Shown here: one piece after another, positions 39,133 to 47,710 of the stretch
Position numbering within the stretch: position 1 is the stretch's first letter
Layout of the letters: every line of letters begins with the position of its first letter
NCBI GenBank assembly: GCA_963699145.1
Contig: OY969416.1
Span: forward strand, 986,226-1,050,225
Direction: 5' to 3'
Source: an uncultured Verrucomicrobiae bacterium
GTDB taxonomy: Bacteria; Verrucomicrobiota; Verrucomicrobiia; Limisphaerales; DASXHY01
DNA: 64,000 bases
Translations under genes and position numbers: made by a program
The notes under the pieces: model-generated
Database searches by the model: none
Seen by the model: only the letters and a program-made list of their open reading frames with translations
What the model was told of the DNA's origin: nothing

Positions 39133-39541
39133 CGGACTGTTTCTCAGCCTCCTGTGGACTGCTCGGAAGAAGCCATTTTTCCGGAATTCGATTAAACCCA
39201 AGAAAAGTGCGAGTGACTTTAGCGATAACGTGCATTTCTCCAAGAAATTCCTGGTAAGCCTGCTTGCGGAGCCGAGCATGGCGATCGCGCGTGATTCCGG
39301 GCCTTTTAACACCCCTTTTACTCGTCGGATTCACTTACGAACATCGCTTTTCAGTCAAAACCGGCTGTTGATCAGTTGCTTGCCCGTTGAAAAGTGTGGC
39401 GGGCTTAACACTTTGTCGGAACTTCTTACGGAATGGGGCTGGGTTCTATTAGGGGCGACTCAAAAATTCTCAAATCATAAGCTGTTAACAACAAGCTATA
39501 TGCGATATGAAAACCCTGGCTTGGCATACGCTTTTTCGGGT

Positions 39542-39557
39542 TGGCACACACCTTGCA
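39542..39557 (+). promoter_or_regulatory. Sigma-54 (-24/-12) promoter
   Basis: TGGCAC-acacc-TTGCA is a perfect core consensus, 42 nt upstream of ATG 39599. Confidence 0.7.
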
Positions 39558-39598
39558 TATAGCTGGCAGGACCAAGTTCTAAAACAGAAAGACAAAAC

Positions 39599-40331
39599 AT
39601 GAAAAACAAAATCTTAATCGGGGCGTGCAGCGCAGTCGCAGTGCTGGCAATGGCCTCTTCGGCTCATGCGACGAGCAGTATCGGTGTCGAGGTTTCATTT
39701 AGTGACGTTAGCGGCGGCGCTTTTTCGGCACCGGTGATTGTGAATGACGGTGGTCCTGGTGACATTCTTTCGGGAACGCCGGGAGCTGTTGCAATGTTCT
39801 TTAGCTTTAACGGTCTTACCGTTGCGGCGATTTTGGGTAACGGGACTTCCAGCGGTAGTACCTGCTCCCCAGTTGACCGTTCAGATCACTGATAGTGCCC
39901 TCCAGGTCGGCGAAACCGTGAAGGTTCGTTTTTCGGCCGCAGGTTTCTCACTTCCCCTGAATGGTCACGCCGAGCTTTCCGATACCGAGAATGCTCTTGG
40001 AAGTACTGGAAGCTACTCGTTTGCTGGGTCGGCGTCGACAAGCCAGACAGGCGGCGCACTGTTCGACATGAGCAATCCGATGATTACGGATGCCACGCTC
40101 AACACGTTGAGCACCACCGAGAACACTGGAGTGCTTCCGCTTCTCACGAGCAATCCGTATTCGATCACGATCGAAGCGGACTTGCATAATACGGGCACCG
40201 GCATTGCTACTGTGAGTGCGACCGCGGATCTCGCCACAGTTCCGGACGGCGGCAACACTCTGATGTTGCTGGGTTCGGCTCTGTCGATCCTCGGCTTGGG
40301 CACGTTCCGTCGGAAGGCTGTCAAGGCCTAA
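39599..40331 (+). pseudogene. VPDGG-CTERM secreted protein split by a +1 frameshift
   Basis: ORF 39599..39892 carries the signal peptide MKNKILIGACSAVAVLAMASSAHA. ORF 39744..40331, the next frame, carries the body and the tail TVPDGGNTLMLLGSALSILGLGTFRRKAVKA. A sensible join is at or near the C4 run 39867-39870. Confidence 0.7.
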
Positions 40332-40356
40332 TCGAAAACGTTTAGAACTTTGGTAT

Positions 40357-40391
40357 TCCCGGCGAGTAGCAATACTCGCCGGGATTTTTTT
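40357..40391 (+). terminator. Rho-independent terminator
   Basis: tcccggcgagta-gcaa-tactcgccggga followed by T7. Confidence 0.8.
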
Positions 40392-40616
40392 CATATTACA
40401 GGAATTGCCAAAAGGGATTTTCGAAATGTCGTCCCGTTGAATGGGCAAACGATCCAATTCATTTCCCAAGGCGTGGATTCGTCTGCCGGTGAGAGGGTGC
40501 TTCAAAGTGTTCCTTCACCGGAAGCTCGCCAAAAACCAAAAGTCATCGCTGCCGAGCGCTACATCCGTTCTGTCAACGCTACAGGCGCAGAGCAACAGGG
40601 CGAACGCATTTAAAAA

Positions 40617-40748
40617 TAGCGCAGATTTGTAATCTGCTGTATCGCGGAATTGTATTCTGCCGGGCATGGAAATTGTTCGGTGACTTATCGCTCTAACTCG
40701 GCCTGCCGATTGCAAATCGGCGATACAGCAGAATACAATTCTGCGCTA
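40617..40748. repeat. MITE-like nested palindromic element (~132 bp) with ~40-bp imperfect terminal inverted repeats
   Basis: Left end tagcgcagatttgtaatctgctgtatcgcggaattg...; right end ...ccgatttgcaaatcggcgatacagcagaatacaattctgcgcta, whose reverse complement matches the left end with a few mismatches. Confidence 0.75.
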
Positions 40749-40848
40749 CGGATTTGGCAGTTTTCCAATAAATTCAGATGTGTTTGCCGTGCGCACAGCA
40801 ATGCCCCGCGCTTTTTTCTTTAGAGAACCTGGTCCAAATAGACTGCTT

Positions 40849-40920
40849 GCCAAAAGTGATTTCCGAAATGGTGGGGCAAACCTGCGGGTTTGCCCCACCA
40901 TTTCGGAAATTACTTTTGGC
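40849..40920. repeat. 72-bp near-perfect palindrome, short member of the ggcaaacc-tgcg-ggtttgcc element family
   Basis: gccaaaagtgatttccgaaatggtggggcaaacc tgcg ggtttgccccaccatttcggaaattacttttggc, with 34-nt arms and one mismatch. Confidence 0.9.
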
Positions 40921-41208
40921 AATCACTATAGATGGCTTGCAATACTTGGGCACGGCCTGTCTGCATTCATATTTCCGATCGACCGTTCATAGGATTTTTA
41001 CGGACGGAGCCGAGGCTGTACGGAATGAGGGATGCGTGGATGTTTGGCAGGCTGGGTTTTCCGAGAGTCTGGGTCTGTCAGAATTATCTTAAATTCGTCG
41101 GAAACACTGACAGATTTCTGCCGGCAAACTCCCCACGAAAAAATATTTTTCTCTGACATATCTGACTTTTAAGGGGTTAACAACATTTCCTGTCGCGGGG
41201 TTCGAAGC

Positions 41209-41224
41209 GGGAACAGTGTTTGCT
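41209..41224 (+). promoter_or_regulatory. Sigma-54 (-24/-12) promoter candidate
   Basis: GGGAAC-agtgt-TTGCT with GG-N10-GC spacing kept, about 130 nt upstream of ATG 41355. Confidence 0.45.
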
Positions 41225-41354
41225 AAATAGAAACTCAATTAAAGCGAACGAAGTCAACCGATACCGATTTTGTACGGATGGTACCCGTACCGGGATTTAA
41301 ATAGGTAGAATCCGTTCGTGCTCTAAACCGGCTTTGCGGTTTAAAACAAATGAT

Positions 41355-43100
41355 ATGAAAATGCTGAACAAAATACTACTCGCGTGTGGTCTTGCGGTCG
41401 CCTGCCTCTTCCAGGCGAGCGCCGCGCCGACCATGCGTCTGTCCGCCGACGGCGGCTTAACCTGGACGAACGTCGTGGATAACGGACCCTTGGATATGGA
41501 TACGGACCCGGGCGTCGTCACTTACGCGGGGCCAGTGGGAAATTGGCTCGTGGTCATCAGCCAGGGCCTCGGCCTGCCGGCGAGCGGCACCTCGATAACT
41601 CCCATTATGGACATGAGCACGACGGACCTTTCGGCAGGCCCGGCGACGCTGATTGTCCAGATGTCGGATACCAGCTTCGTTCCTTTTCCGAATGAAACCT
41701 TCCTCGCCAGCGTGAGCACGACGACTGCAGGCACGCTTACTTACAATGTTTATCGCGATTCCGGCAATGTGCTATTCGGATCCACCGCGAACTACGGCAA
41801 CCCGGGCGTGAGCCCGAGCCCCACGGCAATTCAATTGTTCAGCGAAGGCCCGCTTTCCGGCAGTGCGACTGGAAGCAATGGCGTGGCGGTGGCCAATGGA
41901 GGCAGCGGCCCTTACTCATTGACAATGGAAACCTTGCTCACGCATACCGCTTCGGGAACCACCGTCTCGGATAGTCTCCTGACGGCTCTTCCCCCGCCGC
42001 CGTGCAATTGCACGCTGACCTTCAGCGGGCCATCGACGGTCACGATCTGCCAGGGTGACACCATCCCGGCCATCACCGCCAGTGAAGACTGCGGCACGGG
42101 CACCCTGACCCCTCTCACGCCGAAGCTGGTGAGCGCGACGACGAACGGCACCTGCCCCTCGATTATTACTCTCACCTACTCCGCGACGACTGATTGCGGC
42201 GATACCAAGACCTTCACTCAGACCGTCACCGTCAATTGCCGCGGCAATATCTGCGGCCATGTGTTTGCGGATTGCGACGGCAGCGGTGATTTGACCGCGG
42301 GCGACGTCGGGCTTTCCAACGTCGTTGTGTCCTTGCTGGATTCCATGAATCATTTGATCGGCAAGGCGACCACCGATGTGAACGGCGGATATTGCTTCAA
42401 CATGCTGGCCGGCGGCAACTACACCGTGTCAGTCACTCCGCCCTCGGGCTATAGCCAGACTGCGGCTTCGACGAGCTATCACTGGAAAGACAACTACGGC
42501 CGCATCTGCTGGCAGGAAAATGACGGCTACGTTCATTGCCTGAACAGCGGCACGGAATGCTGGTGGGACAAATCCAATACCTGCCACTGGAAAGACAGCT
42601 ACAATCGCGATTGCTGGAAGGACAACTGGGGCACGACTCATTGCCAGCCGCTCTGCTACAGGAGCTGCAATGCCCAGACCTACAACAACACCATCTCGGT
42701 CTCGCTCACGAATTGCACGAGCCAGAATGATGTGGACTTCGCCTACACCGGCACCAAGCCCTGCCTGTCAGTTAGCTGCAGCGGCCCGAGCTACGTGAAA
42801 TGCGGCTCGACCTGCTCCTACACCTGCACGGTGGTCAACACCGGCAACGCGTGTTTCACGGGTGGCAACGTCTGCACCACGGTCGGCAACTGCAATTACT
42901 GGGGTGGCTGGAACAACTGCAACAACTACACCAGCAGCTGCCCTCCGCTTAGCCCGGGACAGAGCTGCAAGATCACTGTGAAGTGCTCGTTCAATTCCTG
43001 GAATTGCGGCACCGTGACCTGCCAGTCGCAGGCGAGCTGCAATCACAGCTTCGGCACCTGCACGGGCCAATCCTCCTGCAACTCGCAGTGCGGTTGGTAA
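41355..43100 (+). CDS. Secreted Cys/Trp-rich multidomain protein (HYR-like, SdrD-B/CNA-B-like, Cys-knot-like tail); no sorting tail
   Basis: ORF 41334..43100. ATG 41355 gives the signal peptide MKMLNKILLACGLAVACLFQASA. GHVFADCDGSGDLTAGDVGLSNVVVSLLD...NGGYCF..LAGGNYTVSVTPPSGY is SD-repeat-B-like. The tandem HWKD.Y.R.CW...G..HC motif occurs twice, and the last ~160 aa are extremely Cys-rich. Confidence 0.75.
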   Translation: MKMLNKILLACGLAVACLFQASAAPTMRLSADGGLTWTNVVDNGPLDMDTDPGVVTYAGPVGNWLVVISQGLGLPASGTSITPIMDMSTTDLSAGPATLIVQMSDTSFVPFPNETFLASVSTTTAGTLTYNVYRDSGNVLFGSTANYGNPGVSPSPTAIQLFSEGPLSGSATGSNGVAVANGGSGPYSLTMETLLTHTASGTTVSDSLLTALPPPPCNCTLTFSGPSTVTICQGDTIPAITASEDCGTGTLTPLTPKLVSATTNGTCPSIITLTYSATTDCGDTKTFTQTVTVNCRGNICGHVFADCDGSGDLTAGDVGLSNVVVSLLDSMNHLIGKATTDVNGGYCFNMLAGGNYTVSVTPPSGYSQTAASTSYHWKDNYGRICWQENDGYVHCLNSGTECWWDKSNTCHWKDSYNRDCWKDNWGTTHCQPLCYRSCNAQTYNNTISVSLTNCTSQNDVDFAYTGTKPCLSVSCSGPSYVKCGSTCSYTCTVVNTGNACFTGGNVCTTVGNCNYWGGWNNCNNYTSSCPPLSPGQSCKITVKCSFNSWNCGTVTCQSQASCNHSFGTCTGQSSCNSQCGW

Positions 43101-43120
43101 GCTGATTGTTTGATTACGCT

Positions 43121-43156
43121 ACGGGCGCGGAGTGCAAGCTCCGCGCCCGTATTTTT
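43121..43156 (+). terminator. Rho-independent terminator
   Basis: acgggcgcggag-tgcaag-ctccgcgcccgt followed by attttt, 20 nt after the stop. Confidence 0.8.
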
Positions 43157-43260
43157 ACGAAGGGACTTCGTGGTTTCTTCAGCGAAAATGCGCCGAAAAA
43201 GGCTTTTCAGGGGGCGGCTTTTCGGTCAACATTTGTCAGGAAATCTCGAAAAAGGAACCT

Positions 43261-43929
43261 ATGAAAATGAAGTCACTCATCCATCGCATTGCTTTTTGGC
43301 CGCTCGCTCTTTCGATGCTGGCATCGGTTGTCCTGGTGGTCCTCAGCGGCTGTGGAACGACGTCCACGGAAAGGCCGCCGGATTTTAATGCCAAAGATAT
43401 CGCGTTGCCGCCGCAAAACACCAATGATGTAGTCATGAAGGAGGGTGACGTGGTTAAGGTCGTATTTCCCAACGATGGCGAAAGATTAAATACCGTCGCG
43501 ACCATCCGGCCTGATGGAAAGATCACCTTGCTGGACGTCGGCGACGTGATGGTTTCCGGCAAAACTCCCGAACAATTCCGCAAGGAACTGGCCGACAAGT
43601 ATTCCAAAGTGATTGTTTCTTCGCAGGATATTTCCGTCATCGTGGTGTCGTCTTCATTTCAAGTCTATGTGATGGGCGCCGTCCTGAAACCCGGGAAGGT
43701 GCTGTCCGATCACATGCTGACGGTCCTCGATGCGATCATGGAAGCCGGCGGCTTTGACCCGGACAGAGCCCAGTTGAAAGCCATAAAAGTCGTCCGTACC
43801 GAGCATGGCAGGACACAAACCTTCAAGGTGAATATCAAGGGTGTGCAATCCCCTGGCGCCCCCGTCGAGATCTTCAATTTGCATCCTTCTGATATCGTCA
43901 TAGTGCCTCAGAAGCTGGTGATATTTTAA
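43261..43929 (+). CDS. Polysaccharide export lipoprotein (Wza/EpsE-like; Poly_export + SLBB)
   Basis: ORF 43132..43929 begins inside the terminator. ATG 43261 gives a lipoprotein signal ...VVLSGC. MKEGDVVKVVFPND...IRPDGKITLLDVGDVMVSGKTPEQFRKELADKY is classic Poly_export text. Confidence 0.8.
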   Translation: MKMKSLIHRIAFWPLALSMLASVVLVVLSGCGTTSTERPPDFNAKDIALPPQNTNDVVMKEGDVVKVVFPNDGERLNTVATIRPDGKITLLDVGDVMVSGKTPEQFRKELADKYSKVIVSSQDISVIVVSSSFQVYVMGAVLKPGKVLSDHMLTVLDAIMEAGGFDPDRAQLKAIKVVRTEHGRTQTFKVNIKGVQSPGAPVEIFNLHPSDIVIVPQKLVIF

Positions 43930-44412
43930 GTGGCTCCGGCCCAATAGGCGCGTTTATCCCGGAACCGGCGCGTGACGCCGAAGGTATTGTTTTTCCCGCT
44001 GATTTTTTTATCCGTGCTTTGGTTTGTCTCGGCGCGCGTTTTCTCAATTGCGAACCGGCGTTCCAAGTCAAAGCAGCTCCGACGCGTCCCCTCTGTACCA
44101 AGGGAGGGCAGGGCTCAAACTGCACCCAAAATCTTGTAAATAACTTTCCGCATAGCGTAATTTACTTCTAAAAAGCGTCGGCTATTTTTACACTTTTACG
44201 CACCCTTTAGGTGTCTTTTTTTATCGATAATAATTTTTACAAAATCCTATTAACGAACCGTTTGCATGTCCAAATCAAGACGACGCTTTTACGTTTGGCA
44301 CGAATTCGGCTCGGTGCGGGGTAGAAAACCGGGTGGCATGAACCATTTGGTGGGAATACGTATCGGGGCGCAATGCAGCATTGTCATACGAGATCTTTAT
44401 TTTGTCCGCTCC

Positions 44413-45216
44413 ATGAAATCGAAAATGAGCCCAGAGCCCGATACGGCTCAGCAGAATTCTTTTTCAGCCAGCTCCCAAATTGATGGTGAGTATCCGGCTG
44501 CATCACCTGCGAATTACATCCGTATTTTGTTGGTGGATGACCATCCCGTCGTTCGCAAAGGCCTGAGCGCGTGTCTTTCGGATCGCGCCAACCTCGTGAT
44601 CATCGGTGAAGCGGCCGATGGCATGGAAGCGCTCCGGAAAGTGGCGGAACTCTCACCCGACCTGGTTTTGATGGATGTGGAGATGCCGGTGATGAACGGC
44701 CTAACCGCCACGGAATCCATTTGCAAGCGTTATCCCAAAACCAAGGTGTTGGTGATTTCCATGCACAACAATCCCGATTACGTGGTCCAGGCCATCCAGA
44801 TGGGCGCGCGCGGATTTGCGCTCAAAACTGCACCGTCGGAGGAGTTGTTGAAGGCCATCGATATTGTGCAGCGCGGTGAGCCGTTTTTCCCCAGCCAATC
44901 GATCTCCAGCCGGCGGCAGGCATCCAAAAACACGGCCGCCGGACCCGACGGACTTTTCGAACGCGAAAAGGAAGTGCTCGTTTACCTGGCCATGGGTTAC
45001 AGCAACCGGGATATTGGCGAATTGCTGGCCATCTCCGTGCGCACGGTGGAATCGCATCGCGCGCGGCTGATGCGGAAGCTCAATATTCACACCATCGCCG
45101 GCCTGACGCGCTACGCGCTTGCCAAGGGCTACATTTCGCTGAATCCCGCGGCCACGTTTTCGCCGCTGGCCGATGAAGCTGTGCGTCTCCCGGATTCTCA
45201 CGGGCTAAGAGTTTGA
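44413..45216 (+). CDS. NarL/FixJ-type response regulator (REC + LuxR HTH)
   Basis: IRILLVDDHPVVRKGL...DLVLMDVEMPVMNG receiver, then EREKEVLVYLAMGYSNRDIGELLAISVRTVESHRARLMRKL. The ORF-track start 44266 adds a non-coding-looking extension. Confidence 0.85.
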   Translation: MKSKMSPEPDTAQQNSFSASSQIDGEYPAASPANYIRILLVDDHPVVRKGLSACLSDRANLVIIGEAADGMEALRKVAELSPDLVLMDVEMPVMNGLTATESICKRYPKTKVLVISMHNNPDYVVQAIQMGARGFALKTAPSEELLKAIDIVQRGEPFFPSQSISSRRQASKNTAAGPDGLFEREKEVLVYLAMGYSNRDIGELLAISVRTVESHRARLMRKLNIHTIAGLTRYALAKGYISLNPAATFSPLADEAVRLPDSHGLRV

Positions 45217-45252
45217 GCGGTCGAGCCCGTGAGCGGCTTTCGATGTAGGAGC

Positions 45253-45268
45253 GCGGCATTTATGCCGC
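45253..45268. terminator. Short hairpin between convergent genes
   Basis: gcggcat-tt-atgccgc, lying between the stops at 45216 (+) and 45284 (-). Confidence 0.35.
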
Positions 45269-45283
45269 TTCACCTTTCATATT

Positions 45284-47593
45284 TCAGATCCGCTCGGCGA
45301 TATTCACCTCGCCTTTTTCATTCAGATCCACCAGCAAGCGGGCGCCCGGCGAATTCAAATTCGCAATCTTCCAACGTGCCAGCGGCGTGACCACCAGTCG
45401 TTCGATCGCTCGTTGCAACGGTCGCGCGCCAAAACGTGGATCGTATCCTTCATGCATCAGCAGTGCGATGATCTTGTCCGTGTATTCAATTTCGACGCCG
45501 GTCAATCCCTCGCGTTGCGTCATGTCCGCAAGTTCCTTGCGAGTGATGCGTTCAATTTCATCGCGCGCCAACGGCTTGAACGCAATGACTGCATCCAGCC
45601 GATTGAAAAACTCCGGCCGGAAAAATTTCGCGACTTCCGATTCGTAGCTCGGCCCGGCTTCAGTGGAGAATCCCGCGCTGGCCGATGCCGTCGCGCCGAG
45701 ATTTGAAGTCATAATGATGATGGCGCTGCGAAACCACGTCACGCGGCCATAGCGATCCGTCAGCCGCCCTTCATCCATCAATCCGAGCAGCACATCGAAA
45801 ACATCCGGCGCGGCCTTTTCAATTTCATCGAACAGCACCACGCAGAACGGCTGGCGGCGCACGCGTTGAATCCACGCGGCGGGCTGGCCATGCGGGCCTT
45901 GCAGCAGCCGTTGGGTCGCGCCCCATCCACTGTATTCGCTCATGTCCAACCGCACGAGCCGGTCCTTCTGTCCGCCCGCTTCAAAACAATATTCCACCAG
46001 CGCCTTGGCCAACGCGGTTTTGCCGACGCCAGTTGGGCCGCAGAATAAATGCACGCCCATGGGCCGCGTTGGATCCGTTAATCCCGATTTAATGGTCGTC
46101 ACCAGCCGCGCCGCCGCGAGCGTGGCATCCGCTTGTCCGATGATTTTCGACGCAAAATGCGCGCGCACTTTCTCGCGCGCCAGCAGCAGATCGTCGCGCA
46201 GAAAAAGTTCCGGCAAACCGGTTTGCTCGATGAATAATTGAATGACCTCGCGCGCGGAGACGGTTTTGCCGGTTTGTTTTTCGTTTTTCGCGCGGCGTTC
46301 GCAGAAAGTCCGGATAAAATCAGCGGCGGGTCCCGGAAAAGCGGAGTAAGGCTTCCAACGCTTGTGCAATCGATGAACCAGCGCAATCACGCCGGGTTCA
46401 ATTTGCAGCCGAAGTCCGGACATTTGCGCCAATCCCACCCGGTGAAGAACGCTAACCGCCGTCGCGTCGTCCATGCTCGGCACTTCGATGATCTGGAAAA
46501 AATCCAGCAGACCGGGCAGCAATCGCCGGCACGCTTCGACCTCCGCGGGCGTGGCCTCGGCAACCATGCGGAATTCGCCGCGTTGCAAGTAAGGCAGCAG
46601 AAACGCCGCGACGCTGTCGCCCGGACCTTGTCCGCCGACCTGCGCCAGTTCGAGCAGATTTTCCGCGCAGAAAACGCCCTCGATGGCTGCTAATTGAGCA
46701 ATGAACGCCTCGCAGCGCTCCTCCCATTCGCCGAGATAACGCATCCCGGCAATCATCCGACCGCCACTGCCGCGCCAATAACGGTACGTGCGCAACTCCT
46801 TGGCGGGACTTTTGTCGTCGTCGTTTTTGTCTTTCGCGGTGGGGGCGGATTGCCGCGCGAGTTGTTTGGCGGCGTCGAGCAGGATGGTGGATTTGCCCGA
46901 GCCCGATTCGCCGACGAGCAGCACGTTGGCTCGCTCGCGCCCCGATTTTTGCGCCACCTGTTGGACGAGATGTTCGCGGCCATACGCCGCCGAAGTGGTT
47001 CGCTTGCGACTGGTATCGTGCAGCAGCGGATCGGCGACCGTGAAAAGGATCTTCAGCTCCCGCCCCTCCGCGACCGGTGGGCGCGAGAGGCGATGCGAGG
47101 AATCCCGCAAAACCAATTCCTTCAGCGTGCAACCGCGCGGCGGCAAACAGCCCGCCAGTTGCGCCGGCGAAAGCTGCTGCAGCGATTCCTTGACGTAATG
47201 GCCGACGAGACTCTTCAGTTCCGCCGGATCGCGATAGCTGAATTGAAGGGAAAAATGCGGCACGATGCACAACCACAAACCGTTCGCCTGAAGGCCCGTC
47301 ACGCAAGGCACGAGCAGCCAGATGGTTTCCGGGCAGGGGATGATGCGTTTGCGGGTTCGGTATTGAGGACGAATTTCCACTTTCACCTCGAACAGCGAAG
47401 GCTGCTCCAAATCCGGGTCGACATTCCAAGGCTCGTTTTCGAATCGCCACTCAATCAGTTCCCGCAACTGGCGCAGCACGTCATCTTCCGTTCCCGCGCT
47501 CGCGGCGACCGTCTCGAAATCGCCGACCAACGCGCCGGAAATCGCTCCGGCGCCATCGCGCCACAACACCACCGGATAATGATAAGCAGCCAT
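45284..47593 (-). CDS. ClpB-like double-AAA+ ATPase, paralog A (novel N-domain, no C-terminal extension)
   Basis: D1 has LLVGESGSGKST and the pore-loop-like AGMRYLGEWEER. D2 is strongly ClpA/B-like: LFCGPTGVGKTALAKAL, VVLFDEIEKAAPDVFDVLLGLMDEGRLTD, IIMTSNLGA, FRPEFFNRLD and GARPLQRAIE. The first ~220 aa are unassignable. Confidence 0.85.
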   Translation of the reverse strand: MAAYHYPVVLWRDGAGAISGALVGDFETVAASAGTEDDVLRQLRELIEWRFENEPWNVDPDLEQPSLFEVKVEIRPQYRTRKRIIPCPETIWLLVPCVTGLQANGLWLCIVPHFSLQFSYRDPAELKSLVGHYVKESLQQLSPAQLAGCLPPRGCTLKELVLRDSSHRLSRPPVAEGRELKILFTVADPLLHDTSRKRTTSAAYGREHLVQQVAQKSGRERANVLLVGESGSGKSTILLDAAKQLARQSAPTAKDKNDDDKSPAKELRTYRYWRGSGGRMIAGMRYLGEWEERCEAFIAQLAAIEGVFCAENLLELAQVGGQGPGDSVAAFLLPYLQRGEFRMVAEATPAEVEACRRLLPGLLDFFQIIEVPSMDDATAVSVLHRVGLAQMSGLRLQIEPGVIALVHRLHKRWKPYSAFPGPAADFIRTFCERRAKNEKQTGKTVSAREVIQLFIEQTGLPELFLRDDLLLAREKVRAHFASKIIGQADATLAAARLVTTIKSGLTDPTRPMGVHLFCGPTGVGKTALAKALVEYCFEAGGQKDRLVRLDMSEYSGWGATQRLLQGPHGQPAAWIQRVRRQPFCVVLFDEIEKAAPDVFDVLLGLMDEGRLTDRYGRVTWFRSAIIIMTSNLGATASASAGFSTEAGPSYESEVAKFFRPEFFNRLDAVIAFKPLARDEIERITRKELADMTQREGLTGVEIEYTDKIIALLMHEGYDPRFGARPLQRAIERLVVTPLARWKIANLNSPGARLLVDLNEKGEVNIAERI

Positions 47594-47606
47594 AACGTGC
47601 TAATTA

Positions 47607-47707
47607 TTTTTCAAAAGAATTTTCCGAAAAGGTGAGGCAAACCTGCGGGTTTGCCACGACATCCCGGCAGGGATGTCGCCACCCTTTCGAAAATTTCTTT
47701 TGAAAAA
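47607..47707. repeat. 101-bp compound palindromic element (two internal hairpins inside a long outer inverted repeat)
   Basis: The outer arm tttttcaaaagaattttccgaaaaggtg pairs with caccctttcgaaaatttcttttgaaaaa. Internal hairpins are ggcaaacc-tgcg-ggtttgcc and cgacatccc-ggc-agggatgtcg. It fills the gap between AAA+ genes B and A. Confidence 0.9.
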
Positions 47708-47710
47708 CAT

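Noticed and set aside
39071-39562. 163-aa plus ORF and overlapping minus ORFs (38681..39334, 39112..39312) in the gap between the two cargo genes
   Set aside because: The plus ORF starts inside and runs through a strong intrinsic terminator, then ends across the sigma-54 promoter. The translations have no motif and odd composition. The region is better explained as a regulatory (enhancer) spacer.
43132-43260. Upstream extension of the polysaccharide-export ORF
   Set aside because: The GTG start lies inside the terminator hairpin of the preceding gene. ATG 43261 gives a canonical lipoprotein signal (LSGC).
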